This document shows positions 38,090 through 51,366 of a stretch of 64,000 nucleotides of DNA, in pieces (positions within the stretch are counted from its first letter, which is position 1; each line of letters opens with the position of its first letter). Source of the stretch: Lama glama (Eukaryota); NCBI GenBank assembly GCA_028534125.1, contig CM052816.1, forward strand, positions 92,196,001-92,260,000, written 5' to 3'. The notes beneath the pieces were generated by a model that made no database searches, was not told the DNA's origin, and saw only the letters and a list, made by a program, of their open reading frames with translations. A program made the position numbers and the translations under genes.

Positions 38090-39139
38090 CAAACAATTTT
38101 GAGCTTGCTTTCCCAGGGGACTATTTAGGATTTCTTGGCATACTGAGAATGCTTAATAACCAGACCAAGTCTTGGGTGTTATCATATCCAAAGCTGCAGA
38201 CTTCCAAGGAAATTCTTCTTCCCACTCTTACTGCCAAGCCAAGTCCTGTTCTGTTGTCCTTTTTATAACTGGAAATTGAGTCACAGTATTACCGAATTTG
38301 CATGTCAGTTCAATCTATTACCCCCACCCAACTGGCTTCTCCACTTAATTGAGTTTAACAAGTCTATATACTGCTTCAGTCTGTCCTCAGTTCTTGTCCT
38401 ATTCTCCCTCTCTTTTAGAATCACAATTTTTACAGACATTAAACATCAGGTTGAATTTTGGAATTTCCTTGTGGCTTGGTCTGATAAGAACAGCCAGCAG
38501 TCATTAAACCATTTTGAACAGGGGTGTGATGTGAACAGCTTTATATTTTCAAAGCTGGCAACTCTGGGCAGGATGAGTTAGAAAGATGCAGAGTGGATTC
38601 CAAGAGATCAGTTTGAGGCTCTTGAAGTCTTGCGGGCAAGAGACTGCTTTGTGATTCAAGCTGGGGGTTATTTCTCCTTCTATACCCTGGCCCCAAGAAT
38701 GGCCCTTTGCCTTGGGAAACACTACATTTTTCCACTCAGGGTCAAGCTGTGGAGGGAGGCACAAGGGAATTAGAAGGCAAGCAGACCCCATCTGGCCAAC
38801 CACACCAATCCAGTGATCCTGTCTCAGTCGTATCACCCTCCTGTCCACAGGACACTGAACCCAAGGGTGATAGGAATTTGGCAAAGAAAGAGGCCAGGAA
38901 GACGAGAAACCATCATGGCAGGGAGAGACCTGAATCGGATCCGATTGTAGGGTTGTGACTGTCACACACTGGAATCTATGGAGAATTGGCCCTGGAAATA
39001 TTTACATGCACACACTCTTCCCCAAGCTCTGCATTTGGTGATGGGAGAGAGGGCATTAACCGTATCTGCAAATTCTTTTGCACATCTATATTTATTTTAT
39101 CATTTTATTCAAATCTTTGAGAGAAAATAGATCTATTAA

Positions 39140-39956
39140 TTTTTTTCTTTCTTTGTTTTTCATTGAAGTATAGTCAGTTTACAATGTTGTGTCAATTTCT
39201 GGTGTCCAGCATAATAGTTCAGTCATACATATATATATATACATATATTCGTCTTCATATTCTTTTTCATTATAGGTTACTATAAGATATTGAATACAGT
39301 TCCCTGTGCTACACAGAGGAAACTTGTTGTTTAGCTATTTTATATATAGTAGTTAGTATCTGCAAATCTCAAACTCCCAATTTATCCCTTCCCCCCACAA
39401 TAACCATAAGTTTGTTTTCTATGTCTGTGAGTCTGTTTCCATTTTGTAAATACGTTCATTTGTCTTTTTTTAGATTCCACATATAAATGAAATCATATTT
39501 TTTTCTTTCTGGTTTATTTTACTTAGAATGATGGTTTCCAGGTCCATCCATATTGCTGCAAATGGCATTAGTTTACTCTTTTTATGGCTGAGTAGTATTC
39601 CATTGTATAAATATACCATAATTTCTTTATCCAGTCATCTGTTGATGGACATTTAGGTTGTTTCCATGTCTTGGCTATTGTAAACAGCACTGCTATGAAC
39701 ATTGGGGTGCATGTATCTTTTTGAATTGAAGTTCCTTCTGGATATATGCCTAGGAGTGGTATTACTGGATCATATACTAAGTCTACTTTTAATCTTTTGA
39801 GGAACCTCCATGCTGCTTCCCACAACGGCTGCACCAAACTACATTCCCACCAACATGCAAACACCATCTCCAGCGTTTATCATTTGTGGGCCTTTTAATG
39901 ATGACCATTCTGCTGTGAAGTCTGCTGTGAAGACTCTTTGTAGTTTTGATTTGCAT
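39140..39956 (-). mobile_element. L1 3' region
   Basis: ORF 39568-39867(-) [12 protein letters not shown]...DTCTPMFIA...MEYYSAIK is the L1 ORF2 C-terminus. Confidence 0.92.
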
Positions 39957-40043
39957 CAAGAGACTTATTATTAATCGTATTTTTATGTGAAGACATTGAG
40001 GCTTAGAAATGCTCAGTAGCCCAAGGTAGCATCCAAGTGCGTG

Positions 40044-40045
<2 letters not shown>

Positions 40046-40081
<36 letters not shown>
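40046..40081. repeat. (CA)18 microsatellite within a MIR relic
   Basis: Read directly. Confidence 0.95.
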
Positions 40082-40083
<2 letters not shown>

Positions 40084-40651
40084 GTACACACACACCAGAG
40101 TTAGGACTAGATTCTGAAAGCATTTTTTCCTTCAGGCATCTACTTGTATGGTTTAGGATTTTCAATCAGGCAATTTCTCCTCAAAGCCACTCTAATGCAC
40201 ATTTCTATCAATCTGATTTTTTATATGACATTGCAGAAATAGTATTAAAAGTTTACTAGTGCTGGGCACTGTATGTGGAGAAAATAAAGCCTGTGAGATT
40301 TCTCTTTTGTTCATTATTTTGTCCCCTGTGCCTAGCACTGAGCCTGGCATATTCAGAGCTCAATAAGTATTTAATCAGATGTTGGTTGTGAGCTATGTCC
40401 CACCTTTTCCCAGATGGTAGCATTTTGGGGGCAATAGTGTATTTAAAATAAGAGGAGATTCTGGGGCTCAGTTCCTGCACCATGATTGCTAGACTGACAG
40501 CCCCTAAGCCCTCTGCTCTGGTTCAGAGATGTTTCCTACATGGTTCTCAGAAGCCCCTCACTCCGCGTCCTGACTCTGAAAGCTAGATGCTGGTCTTGCT
40601 GCTTCTCAGGACTCCCCTGATCCCCTAACAGTCTGTGAGCCTTCCCTCCAG

Positions 40652-41195
40652 TGGAAATAAATGAAGACCACCCACATGAGAACAAGCAAGGCTATCGACT
40701 CAGAGCTTGCTCTATAGCAAGGGAGTCATTCGCCACCACTTCTGTTTTGGCAGAGACTCAAAGGCAGGCAGAGGAGTGGGAAGACTTCATAGTGGGAAAC
40801 AGGGATGGCCCTGCTTGGAGGCTGTTGGCCTGGGGAAACTGGAGGGGAGCTAACGCAAAGCAGGACATCCTGTGGGGTTGGTCAGGGGTGCACATTTGGC
40901 TTTCTTTGGTTAGTTCCAAGTTGGAAGCTGGGACAAAAATTCAGAGGGCTGTCAGTTATTAATCAAGTCCTGGCCATTTGGGGTTGATCGCTACAGGAGT
41001 TATTGTTTGGCTTCCTGAAGTGGTGCCACTATCTCTAGATAGTGGTCTGACTTCCTACAAGTCTGACATAGATAGCACGCTGGCTTCCTGGGCTGTTTAC
41101 CCTGGGGTGCTTTCCCGAGTCAGTTGGATCAGAGATCTATTTTTATGTGTATTTATAACATGGCCACGGGCCATTTGTATATTCAGTCTCTTACA
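40652..41195 (-). mobile_element. ERV1-class solo LTR (MER89/MER34/MER90-like)
   Basis: Reverse strand begins TGTAAGAGACTGAATATACAAATGG, as recalled for this LTR group. Confidence 0.65.
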
Positions 41196-41477
41196 TCTCT
41201 TCTGAATTCTTCTCTCAGGCCAAAATCACAGCTGTCTCTTATCCGTTTTTTTAATGAGGCTTAAAATAGTATAATTCTTTCACGTGACTTGCTTCCTAGT
41301 ATAATCTTTTTCTTCCTTGGAAACTGATCAAAGAAAAGAGGACTGAGAAATAACTGAAATTCAAGAACTCATAATTGTCCCACCTTTGTGATCCCTTCCA
41401 CTACCTCCAGAAAAAGTTGGGGTACCTATACTTTCTCTCTTTCCAAGGCAATGTTCTCCCCATTAGCTACTCTACCT

Positions 41478-41882
41478 GAGGCAGACACAAGGATGTGCTG
41501 AACAGACAGCCCTTCAAAGAAGGACTTGCTCTCATTTTCAGGGAGTACAGTGAGCAGACAGCCTCCACTGTCAGCTCCTTTGGGTTCTGCCTAGCTGCTC
41601 AGAGCCTCCACACCCCAGGTTCCACCTGTTTTGGGTCAACCAAGGCCCAGCAACTGAGCAAGGCAGGGGTATGAAGACACCACCATTTTGACCTGATAAG
41701 GACAACACTGATGGGAGTGCTCCCCTCAGGGGGCCCGCAAGGTTGAGCAAGATTTCTCAGGCTTACAGCACTGTTTCACTCTTTCCTGCTTCCCTTTCAT
41801 TTCATAGCTGCTGATTCCTAATAAAATCTTGCACCCCAAACTCCTTGTCAGCTACTGCTTCTGGAGAACCCAATCTGAGACT
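41478..41882 (+). mobile_element. LTR16-like ERVL solo LTR
   Basis: 3' end 'cctaataaaatcttgcaccccaaactcc...ctgcttctggagaacccaatctgagac'. Confidence 0.7.
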
Positions 41883-43779
41883 TTACCTCAGAGTCTGTCT
41901 GCTGTTGGCCCCAGGGTCTTAGCCCTACAGATGACAGAGTGGTCAACATAACTATGAATGCACTCTTGGTTCACAGCTCCACCTCTCACTTCCTTAACTC
42001 AAGTCTGAACACACAGGCACACATACACAGACATAAGCATACACACACACAGACACACGCCAGTCTAACCATTGTGATCAGACCATTCTTTGATTAATTG
42101 TGTATGTAGGCAAGACCTAAGACGGAGATGAGCAAGTGACAGCTCAGTCTGCCACTTGGTCACTGATATGCAGGGATGGCATTAATACCCAAGGAAGAGT
42201 CCATCCATTCCTTCTCTATGGAAGCAGCCGGATGCTCTCACAGCTCCCCGGGGCCTCTTAACCTGAGGTGTGAGTGTAGCATGGAACCCAAGGTGGTCTG
42301 TTCAGCAATAAAAGAATAGCAAAGTGAAAGAAGAGAAAAGTCCATAGAAAGAAGGAGAAGATTGGATTTAGCAAAGTTATTGTTACTTAGAGTCATTCCT
42401 GATTTACAGTTGAACCCCCAGGCTTAGAGTCTCGGCCCATACATGAATTTAGCACGAATCCTTTGAGCCCCGAGCTGGTTTGGGAGCTAGCTGTCTGGCC
42501 TTCAGCTGGTGCATGGACAGAACCGTTGCTGGCTCCAGACAGCTACTGGATTAAGGAGAAAACTTTTTCATTGGTGCTAAATTAAATATGATCCAAATCC
42601 TCACATGACTAATATTTTGTACTTTTTTCTCATCAAAACATGATTTATTGAGTAAAGGAAATGGACATTGGGAGCAAATAGCAAAGTGAACGAGCATGAG
42701 CGAGCAGAAGGACGGAAATGGACTGCTTTCGCCCCCGTTTGCTAGTGAATCGCCCCCTATAGAATTATCACCAGTGATGAGAAAGCACATCCATCAAGCA
42801 GACAGTGCTGGAGAGTCTATGAACAAAAGCCAAGGAACCAGCCACGGCCTCCTGCTTTCCAATGTGAAATCACTCCAGAATTCAGACAGCAAAGACGCAA
42901 GTCCCCAGTTGTTCATATTACCTTCAAATGAAACCTCATTACTATGAGTCATTATGTTCCAGTAGCTTTATCTCTAGTGCTTTTAAGCTGCGAGGCTGTG
43001 AATATTTCACCTGACGTGAACAGACCTGGGACAACTCGGGGACGTAGGGGTTAGAGGCGTTACAGAACCACAAAAGGCAACAACCTAAATTCACATGAAG
43101 AACATCAGATCAAATTAGATCAAGATGGCAGACTGAGCAGAGACAGCGTCCTCTCCTATCCTAGCTCCCCCAGAAATATGGGAAACCGGGAAAACGTGTG
43201 TGTGCATATGTGTGTGTACAAGAGAGTAATTGCTTACCACCATTAGGAAAAATACCTGTCGGGACACCAGAAATGTGGCTAATTTCCAAAAGATGGAAGG
43301 CAAGTGAGGCTGGTTTGATGGAGTAACAGGAGCCCAAAATTCAACCCAGAACAGGGCAGCTATGAAAAATCGAAGCAGATCTGGGTATGCTCTAAGTGTG
43401 GAGGTGGTGGTGACAGGGAGCTGGGAAGCCATCATGGTTACAGAATCACATTTGGAGCGTACAGAGCAGCCTGGTGGGGCCATCCTGCCTTCACTGTCTC
43501 TTTACTTCACACCTCCACTTCAGTGACAAGGAAGTATTTTCTCCTGAACTGTAGCAGTTAGTTTGAATGCTCAAGTTGGTACTGTTGGCACTAGTAGTAA
43601 CTTCCGACAAATAGGAGAAACAGGAAGCCCCCATGCCCGAAAGACAGAGTAATCAAATGCTCCACCAGGGAGCTCATTTTATTTCCTCCTCCAGAATCAC
43701 TGGAGGCAGGCTGCAACCAACAGAAACACAATTACACATGTGTCAATGGGGAGTCTCAAGCTTTTAAATGAGTACATGA

Positions 43780-44480
43780 GCAAAACGAAGAAAATATTTA
43801 AAGAAAACTAATACTCTGACAGAAAGGAACAAAAGGAAGCAAATGGAAAAACATGCACAGTAGAACCAAAAAGAGGGGACTTTAAATGAAATGTAATTAA
43901 TAACCTCAGAGATATACAAAAGGCTATCTCATCTGTGAAATAAAAATGAGTTATTTTTGACAAATAATCAACTAGATATCTTGGAAGTAAAAGAACATGA
44001 TTATCAAAATAGCCCAATATCCAAAGAGGCACCCCTGAGGAATAAATTACTAAATTGAAGGACTGAGCTGAAAAGTTCTCTCAGAATTCGGTACAGGAGG
44101 ACAAAAAGAAAAGAAGGCATGAAATAAGAGCCTAAAATATGAAGGCTGCTTGCAAGAGTTCAAAAAACCCTTTGAATTAGAAAAATTTAGTGCAATGTAA
44201 ATCAAAATTCCAACAGATCTTTTATTGAACTTGAAAAGTTAATTATAAAGTAGAAGACAAAAATGTTGAATAAAAAAGAACAATAAAAAAATTTTTTAAG
44301 ACCAATAAGAGGGATTTGACATACAAATATCAAAACAAGCTATAAAGTTCCACCAGCTAATATAATATGGTGACTGTGTGTTGGTCTTCGTACATGAACA
44401 AACATAGATAAGTATAAAAAAACAGAAAGTCTACATTAAGATACATTACATATGAAGAGATAATGTGATAAATCAGAGAT
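43780..44480 (+). mobile_element. Highly decayed old L1 fragments
   Basis: A-rich; 'aatcaaaattccaacagatctttttattgaacttgaaaagttaattataaa', 'aaatatcaaaacaagctataaag' resemble ORF2. Confidence 0.55.
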
Positions 44481-44489
44481 CTGAACTCT

Positions 44490-45270
44490 TCTTTTTTTGA
44501 GAAAAAGCTTCTGACTTGATAGTGGGTCTTGGTACAGACTGAAGACCTAACCTTGGTACATGAGGTGATTGTGGATCCAGAACTTCCCATCATGAACCAA
44601 GTGTTGTCTTACCTAATAGTCATAAGGTTGGGGGTGCAGGAATCTATCATCAAATGGAAATGATGTTATCATAGCTTTGTAAGATGTCAACTGGACTAGG
44701 CTGAGCACACTTCCCAGAATTCCCTTTCGTGTATGTTTCTGGTTACGGAGAGTCACACGGGAGATTCTTGAGATATTTCGAGGGCTGAAAAGAAGGAGCA
44801 GCTGTTTGTAAATCACATTGAGTTGTTGCTCATCTGTTGACTCACCTCGTTACATGAACCAGCATCTGGGCTGCAAATACTCTATCTTATTCTACATCTT
44901 CCTTTAGTTTCTCTGAGTCCTGGGCCAGGTATGTGTGTGTTTTACTTCCATGATAAAGGGTCATCAAAGTCAGAGGTTTCAGTTTGTCTTCACGAGGTCG
45001 CAGCTCACGCTCACCAGGTTTCAGTCTACTTGCGATCTTCCCTTCCTGACTACAAGCTCTGTGCATCTGCAGGGACAACAGCCTTACAGAGACTGCTTAA
45101 CCAGCTCCACGTGGCATGAGCACCGTAAACTTCTACGGGTTCTTCTCTGGTTGCATTCTGGTTGATAAGGGTGTATAAAAGACTGAGCTCAAGCAAATCC
45201 AGAAGGTAGAAATAAGATGCTTCTGGTTTATGAGCAGGTGCCCCTCAGACTCCTTTGACACCAACTCTAG
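44490..45270 (+). pseudogene. ERVL-type pol RT-connection remnant split by an LTR
   Basis: FEKKLLT**WVLVQTEDLTLVHEVIVDPELPIMNQVLS...SHKVG...SIIKWK* to 44663, resumes IKD*AQANPEG after ~45169; compare recalled ERVL FEKQLLACYWALVETERLTMGHQVTMRPELPIMNWVLS...SIIKWKWYIRDRA. Confidence 0.82.
44664..45168 (+). mobile_element. MER54/MER74-like ERVL solo LTR
   Basis: 'agctttgtaagatgtcaactggactaggctgagcacacttcccagaattccc...tgactcacctcg...cctgggccaggtatgtgtgt'. Confidence 0.7.
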
Positions 45271-46324
45271 TCCAATAATGGTAAAATGTTGGTGTGGGAA
45301 TTCAGTGGACTCGGAATATACAGAAGCCCTTATAATAATCAAAGCACAGCAAATGCTCAGCAAATGTTCATCATTGGTATTTCCATTGTTGTTGCTGTTT
45401 TGTCTTTCCTGAGAGATTGACACAAAAAGTGGGGACCCTGTTCACCTCTGAGTCATAGTACCTGGTGCCTTGTGGACAAGCAACAAGCATTTATTGGATA
45501 AATAGATAAATGAATGAATGAAATTTGCCTTACAGTCATAGAGCAAGGAAGTGTGGAAACTGGGACTGGAATCCAAGTCTTCTGCCTTTTCTTGTATTGT
45601 TTTCCCTCCGTGTAATTGTGCTTCTCAAACTGAGAGGGGTTTACCCCCAGGAGTGCATGTTAATATGCTCAGTTACTCCAAGCCCCAGTACAGAGTTTAC
45701 CTTCCTTGAGCATCCATTTTTTTCCAAAGATAAGCAATTTAAAGTGTTATCTTTACATTGGGAAGTAAAATGCAATATTCACCCAAATATTTTAAGTAAC
45801 ATGAGAGTAGAAATAAAATGTCCTGCTGTGGCTGTGCCTCACCCAGCCCCAACTCCCATCCCCATCCCCCTGCTCCGGTGCATACCTTCACCAACAGACA
45901 GGGCAGCCGTACACAAGCGGGGATGGCACTGGCCGCCAAAGTACTCTTAGTGCCATTATTTGCAATAATGATCTACACAACATAATTATCTCTCATTATG
46001 GGTAGCATCTTAGATCTTATTTTAATTAGATTTTGGTCCATATGTTAATGAGGATCATTTGGACTTTAAACAAAATTTGATATTACATTTTCTTTACTAT
46101 TTCTGATTCTAAGTTTTTTCAAAAGATTGTTTAAAAAGAAAGGATAAGTTGTTAAACAAATTGTTATTGTTTATTGCTTAACATTAATTTAGGCAACCTG
46201 ATAATAAGTAGTAAGCCCATTAGTGGTGGCAAAACATGTTTGGCATCCTCCATTTCCCTATGTGGTCACTGAATCGGCTACTAGAGGAGATGCGTAAAGG
46301 ATGGAAGAAAAGTGTCTAAGGGAG

Positions 46325-46528
46325 CGAGGGTTCTCGGCAGCAACACTGCTGGCATTTGGGATGGATAGTTTGCGGGGGTGGGGGGAGCTGTCCTGTGCAT
46401 CGTTGGATGTTTAGCAGCCTCCCTGGCCTCTACCCATTAAATGCCAGCAGGACCTCCTCCCCCTAGTTGTGATGACCAAAAGTGTCTCCAGACATGGCCA
46501 AATGTCCCCAGGGGGGATAAAACCACTG
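46325..46528. mobile_element. MER20 hAT MITE
   Basis: 'ctgtcctgtgcatcgttggatgtttagcagcctccctggcctctacccattaaatgccag...gtctccagacatggccaaatgtcccc'. Confidence 0.88.
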
Positions 46529-49500
46529 TAGTAGAGACAATAGAACAAGATGACAGGAGTCACGGGAGCTAATGTCTTTTTTACGTCGATACACATTCTT
46601 TCTGGACCCTTCTGTGGTTTCAAGAAGAAAGTTAATTCAGCTGTAGAGCGGTTGCCCACAATAAAGCACAGCCCAGCCTCAGTGTTGCAAGAGTTGTTTC
46701 TAACAGAGCCAAAGAAAAGGCACAGGAAGTCTGCTTTTTCTGGTGCCTCTCACTAATCTTGGATGTGGATCTAAATTCCATTCCTTTTGAAAGAGGTCAC
46801 TTGGAAGAACAGCTTACATTTTTTTTTCCCACATGACAGAAATTGTGGTAGATAAGGCCTTTTTCACACTCTTCAAAATGCCACACACAGCAGCCTATCC
46901 TGCAATCTTCTTTGAGTTAAGAATCGTTTCCTTGGCTTTTACAACATTGGCCGGAAGTGCTGATCTGCTGGGTGTCTTGTGTCAGGTGATACCTGAACCT
47001 GCTCCTTAGAGAGACCAGGGCTGACCTAAGGGTCACTCACCTGAACTTCAGGGGCTGACCTCTTTGCATAAGGAGCCCGTGAACTCATATCAATGGGTTT
47101 ATTAATTCAATTCCAACTGAATCTATTGTTGAAAACATCTATGACCCAAAAGTCAAGAAGTAAAATTAAAATCCAGTTATGAGGACAGCTGCCAAAGAAA
47201 CTGTGCTCCATCAAAATTACTTCTACCTAGAAGATCTGCATTTTTTTTTCATTGCCAAGAACATGTGGCATGGTCCACCTGTAGTTTCCTTCACATTCTG
47301 CTTCTGTTTTCAGCTTTTGCTTCAAACTTGAGGAATCCAACCTTTCCTTGGGGGAACAGAAGGAATCTGCTTAATGAATATGAAGGAAGAAACAGAGGGA
47401 TAACGTTTGGCAGGAGAAATGTCAGAGCCTCGTCCACTAAACGGACCCTCCCCTGTGTCTCATTCAACAGGATTTTTCCCACAAAAAAATGTTTTGTACC
47501 TAGCAATCTAGAAAATAAAGCAACAATACATGTATTAGATACATTTTTCAAGAAGATCCCGTTTTTTTTTTTTTTAAAAAGCCACTGAGCTCGTTCCACT
47601 GAATTCATCTGAAGATTACTCTGGTTCTATGCCTGTTTTTAAAAAATAAAACTCATGTTTACCTTTTCTCTTTCTGTAGAATGGTCCAATGTTGGGAAGC
47701 TGACATTGCTGTCAATTTTTCTATTTTACAAAAAAGGAAACTTTTATAAAGACTCGATCAGGGGCATCACTCTAACTCTAGTTCAGTTCTCCAAACTCCT
47801 TCTCCCACGGTTATCCTCATGCGATTCATACAATCTCTCCATCACTCTGAATGTTACGCTAACACCATTATTAACTATTGCATGTGTTTTCTGAATGGCT
47901 CTATTTTCCAAATGGAAATAAAAATTCAAGGATTATTCTTTGACAAAGGTTAACAAACGTCCATCATTGTAAATCTTTATCTAAAAGAAATATGTAAAAT
48001 TTTAAAAATTTAAATTCCAATTACCTTGTCTGCTAGCCAATGAGTTAAATAAATACATGACTGTTCAGGTAAAATGTGCGATGACAAGGGGGAAACGTGG
48101 TGAAATACCGATTTGATTTTTCCATGAAAACCTTATAAAACCTATTTAAGGAAAGTTGGCCTTCAGTGGGAGATTATTTGAGAGCTTAGGACAAAAGTAG
48201 GTTAAAATGATCTTAATGTACAGGCCATCAGATAGGTCTGGCTTTTGTAAGAGAATTTATTGGTGCATCAGGAAACTAGACACATAAATGTGTGCATGGA
48301 ATCAGCAGTGAACTGAATAGCAGAAATCTACACCAAGGCTCAAGGGGGAGTGGAATTCTTTCTGAGCAAGAATGTGGGCGATTTGAGTCATTCTGACACG
48401 AGGCAAATAGTAGACACAGATCTAACTGCTTTATCCCTTTAACTCCAACATACAGGTCTGCGTGTGAGTCCACTCATAAAGGAAAACGCTCCAATTATCA
48501 CATCGTCTTTCAAGTGAGTGGAAGAAAAGATGCTTTGATTTTTTTAATTATTTTTATTGCTCTCTTCAGAGGTTGGGAACTCAGAGCAGAGCCACAAATA
48601 CTCAACACGCTTGAAATCTCAGGCGTTAGATGTAAGAAGACATCAAACACAAAGCACTGGCCTCAAAAATGAGAAAGTGGCTGGGTCACTACATCATTTG
48701 TCTTGACCTCAGTGTTGCCAAGAGATGGCAACGTTGGCACAAAACCCAGAAATCATGTCCCTCTCATGCCCTCCGTTCCCAAAGTTTTGACTCAAGAATG
48801 ATGAGTAAGAAGATGCTGAACTAAAGAGTGAAAAAAAAATGCGTTTCAAAAGGCCTGGTCAACTAAGGTCAAGGGAGAAGTTAGGGAAACAAGACATGAT
48901 ATTTTTGAAAACCTACAGGTATGTCTCAGAAAATAAAAATCAAATGACTCAGTGATACGGTTTAAAAAACATACTCAAAACCTCTGTTAAAGAACAAAGC
49001 GGAATGCCAGTAAAAAGAGAATGTCAAAATAGCTGATGCATGTGTTTCATTTCCCACTTGCTTTACAGAATGCACTAGGGGTGCCAGTGCCTTTGAAAGT
49101 CTAGCCTCCCCTGGCCAGAATCCCCATGCCCAAAGGAGCATGACATTACATAGAGAATTAAAAACACCGTGAAAGATGGAGAGAGACCACGCAAGAAAGG
49201 AAGAGGTTTATATTTTAGTACTTTAGTGGCACTTTTTCCTGCTTTTTGAAAAGGAGGTTCTGCATTTTTATTTCACACCAAGCCCAGCAGATAACGCAGC
49301 CAGCCTTGCCTAAAACATTCGAAAGCAAAGCTCCCCCACAGACAGTGATCCGTGTTCAAGGGGTTTCAGGGAGACGAAGGGTCCAAGCACAAAGCTGGAA
49401 GGGACCCAACAGGAGATTCACTGGTCTCCCAGAGACTGAATATTGAAACATATTAATGAAGACAAAATTCTGACTATGTATTCATATAATGCATATGATG

Positions 49501-50409
49501 CATGTAATGCATAAAACAAACTACCAAGCCCCAGATAAAGTCCTGGTCATATTTTCTGAGGCATCCCTCCAAAAGGCTAACGCAGATATCTACCCTAGAC
49601 TCTTGAGTCTCGCAAACTAATACACTCTCTTTGCTGCTTAAACAAATCTGAGTCGAGCTCCTGCAACTTTGAATTGAAAGAATCCTGAACTTGTACAGAG
49701 CTCTGAGGTTGGTGGCAGCTGGAAATGGTGACTCCCAGCCTCACACCTCACGCCTCACCCCTCACCATGCCGGAGTTCTCATAAGTTTCAAGAATGGGGC
49801 TTGGTGGAGGGGATGCCCAATACATCATACCAGGCTGGGACCCTGGATTCCCATCTCACATTGTTTGAAGGTTATACTCAAAGGAAAATTTAAGTTAATG
49901 TGAAGTTTGTTCCAAAATCCACCATGAATAATAAAAATAGATAAGACAGGAGGCCAGCTTTGATAGGAAGGTGATCCTACACAACTGGTTCACTGGAAAT
50001 TAAAAGGAAAAAGGAGTTTCTAAGCAGTCCTTTCAGTAATAACATTTATGGTAAGAGGCGCTCCACTCGTGAGGAAGGGTGCGCTCTGAATTTTATAAAT
50101 GATTCACAACTCTTGGCAGTAGTTTCAAGGCAATTTTGGATGGAACAGAAAAGAGTAAATTGCTCAGTCCAGAAAACAAAAATTATGACTGCTTTGCCTG
50201 CGAGATGGCGGGAGGGCTTTACCGTTTGGGTTATGGACTCTGCTTTGGGATTTGGACTGTATACTGACACGTCGTGGCTGAAAATAATTCCAAAGGCAAA
50301 AGTCTATCCTTATTTGGGTCCGGAGTACCTTTTTTTTTTTTTGATAGCAAAACTCACTATTGCAAAGAATCTGTGATGTGCTTTTTTACATCGTGATCTC
50401 CTTTGTTAA

Positions 50410-50610
50410 TGCTAATGTATATACTGTGCCAGGCACTGTGCTAGATGCTTTCACATACTTTATCCCATTTAATTTGTATGTCTCTTAAGAGATAAAGTAG
50501 ACGACCACTCCCATTTTACAGTAATTGAGATTCAGAGGTTAGATTTATTACCCAACATCTCAGGGAAAACTAGCAAGTCCAGGGCTCACCCAGGTGTGTC
50601 TGACTGCCCA
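50410..50610 (-). mobile_element. MIR relic
   Basis: 'tgtgccaggcactgtgctagatgctttcacatac...cccattttacag'. Confidence 0.75.
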
Positions 50611-51366
50611 CACTGTCAATTTCGTGTTAAGCAATTTCTCACAAGCCGGAGAGGTCCGGGATGAGCGCGGCTTCCAGAGAAATTGTGTGAAAAAGGGAGG
50701 GGAGCTACGCACTGCAGACCAACACTAACTGTATGCTGTCATTTTAAAAGTTCATACGCTCTTTTTCTCAATTTATAAATACAGTGTAATACTACCATCC
50801 TTACTCCATTCTCTTGACTTTGATTTCCCAAAAGACAGCATCCTTGTGAGTTCAAACTAGAAGTTTATTTGGTCACACTCGAAGGAAGTTGAGGGGGAAA
50901 AAAGGCTAAAAATTATTTTATTTCAAGAAATTTGTTTTGAAAGAATAGTCAATAAAAATACAAACTATACATACTGAGTATAAACTTTTGCCTTGTGTGT
51001 GTATTGCATAAATGTCACATCATGTAAATGGAAACCCTGAGCATTTTACAAATGCCTGGAAACAATGGAAACTGTGTTTGACTGTCATAGGACATGGGAC
51101 TCTGAATCAAGGGTCTGCTATGTACTATGCAAGCTTTATGCAACTTTTCAAACTGGTCTTTGCCTGCCTGGTTTCTTCTAATTAATGCACTATTTCTAGT
51201 AAGAAAAAAAAAAGAAGAAGAAGAACAAGTAGTATTTTCACCTTTGTTCCTATTGAAACCCTTAACCGAAAACGCCTCAGGGGACTAAAGCAACAAGGTG
51301 AATTTGTCTTGCAGTCACATTTGAACCCTTTGCCGCCCCTCCCAGCGTGAAATAAAGGAAACAGCT

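Noticed and set aside
41026..41045. 9-bp hairpin CCACTATCT-ct-AGATAGTGG
   Set aside because: It lies inside an LTR, is too short for a miRNA precursor, and is near chance expectation.
42729..42766. Reverse CTCF-like motif (cgccccctatag) and doubled tcgccccc
   Set aside because: The 5' half of the motif matches poorly; too weak without data.
48714..48732. GTTGCC-N7-GGCAAC as an RFX X-box or CTCF site
   Set aside because: The spacer is too long for RFX and the CTCF match is only partial.
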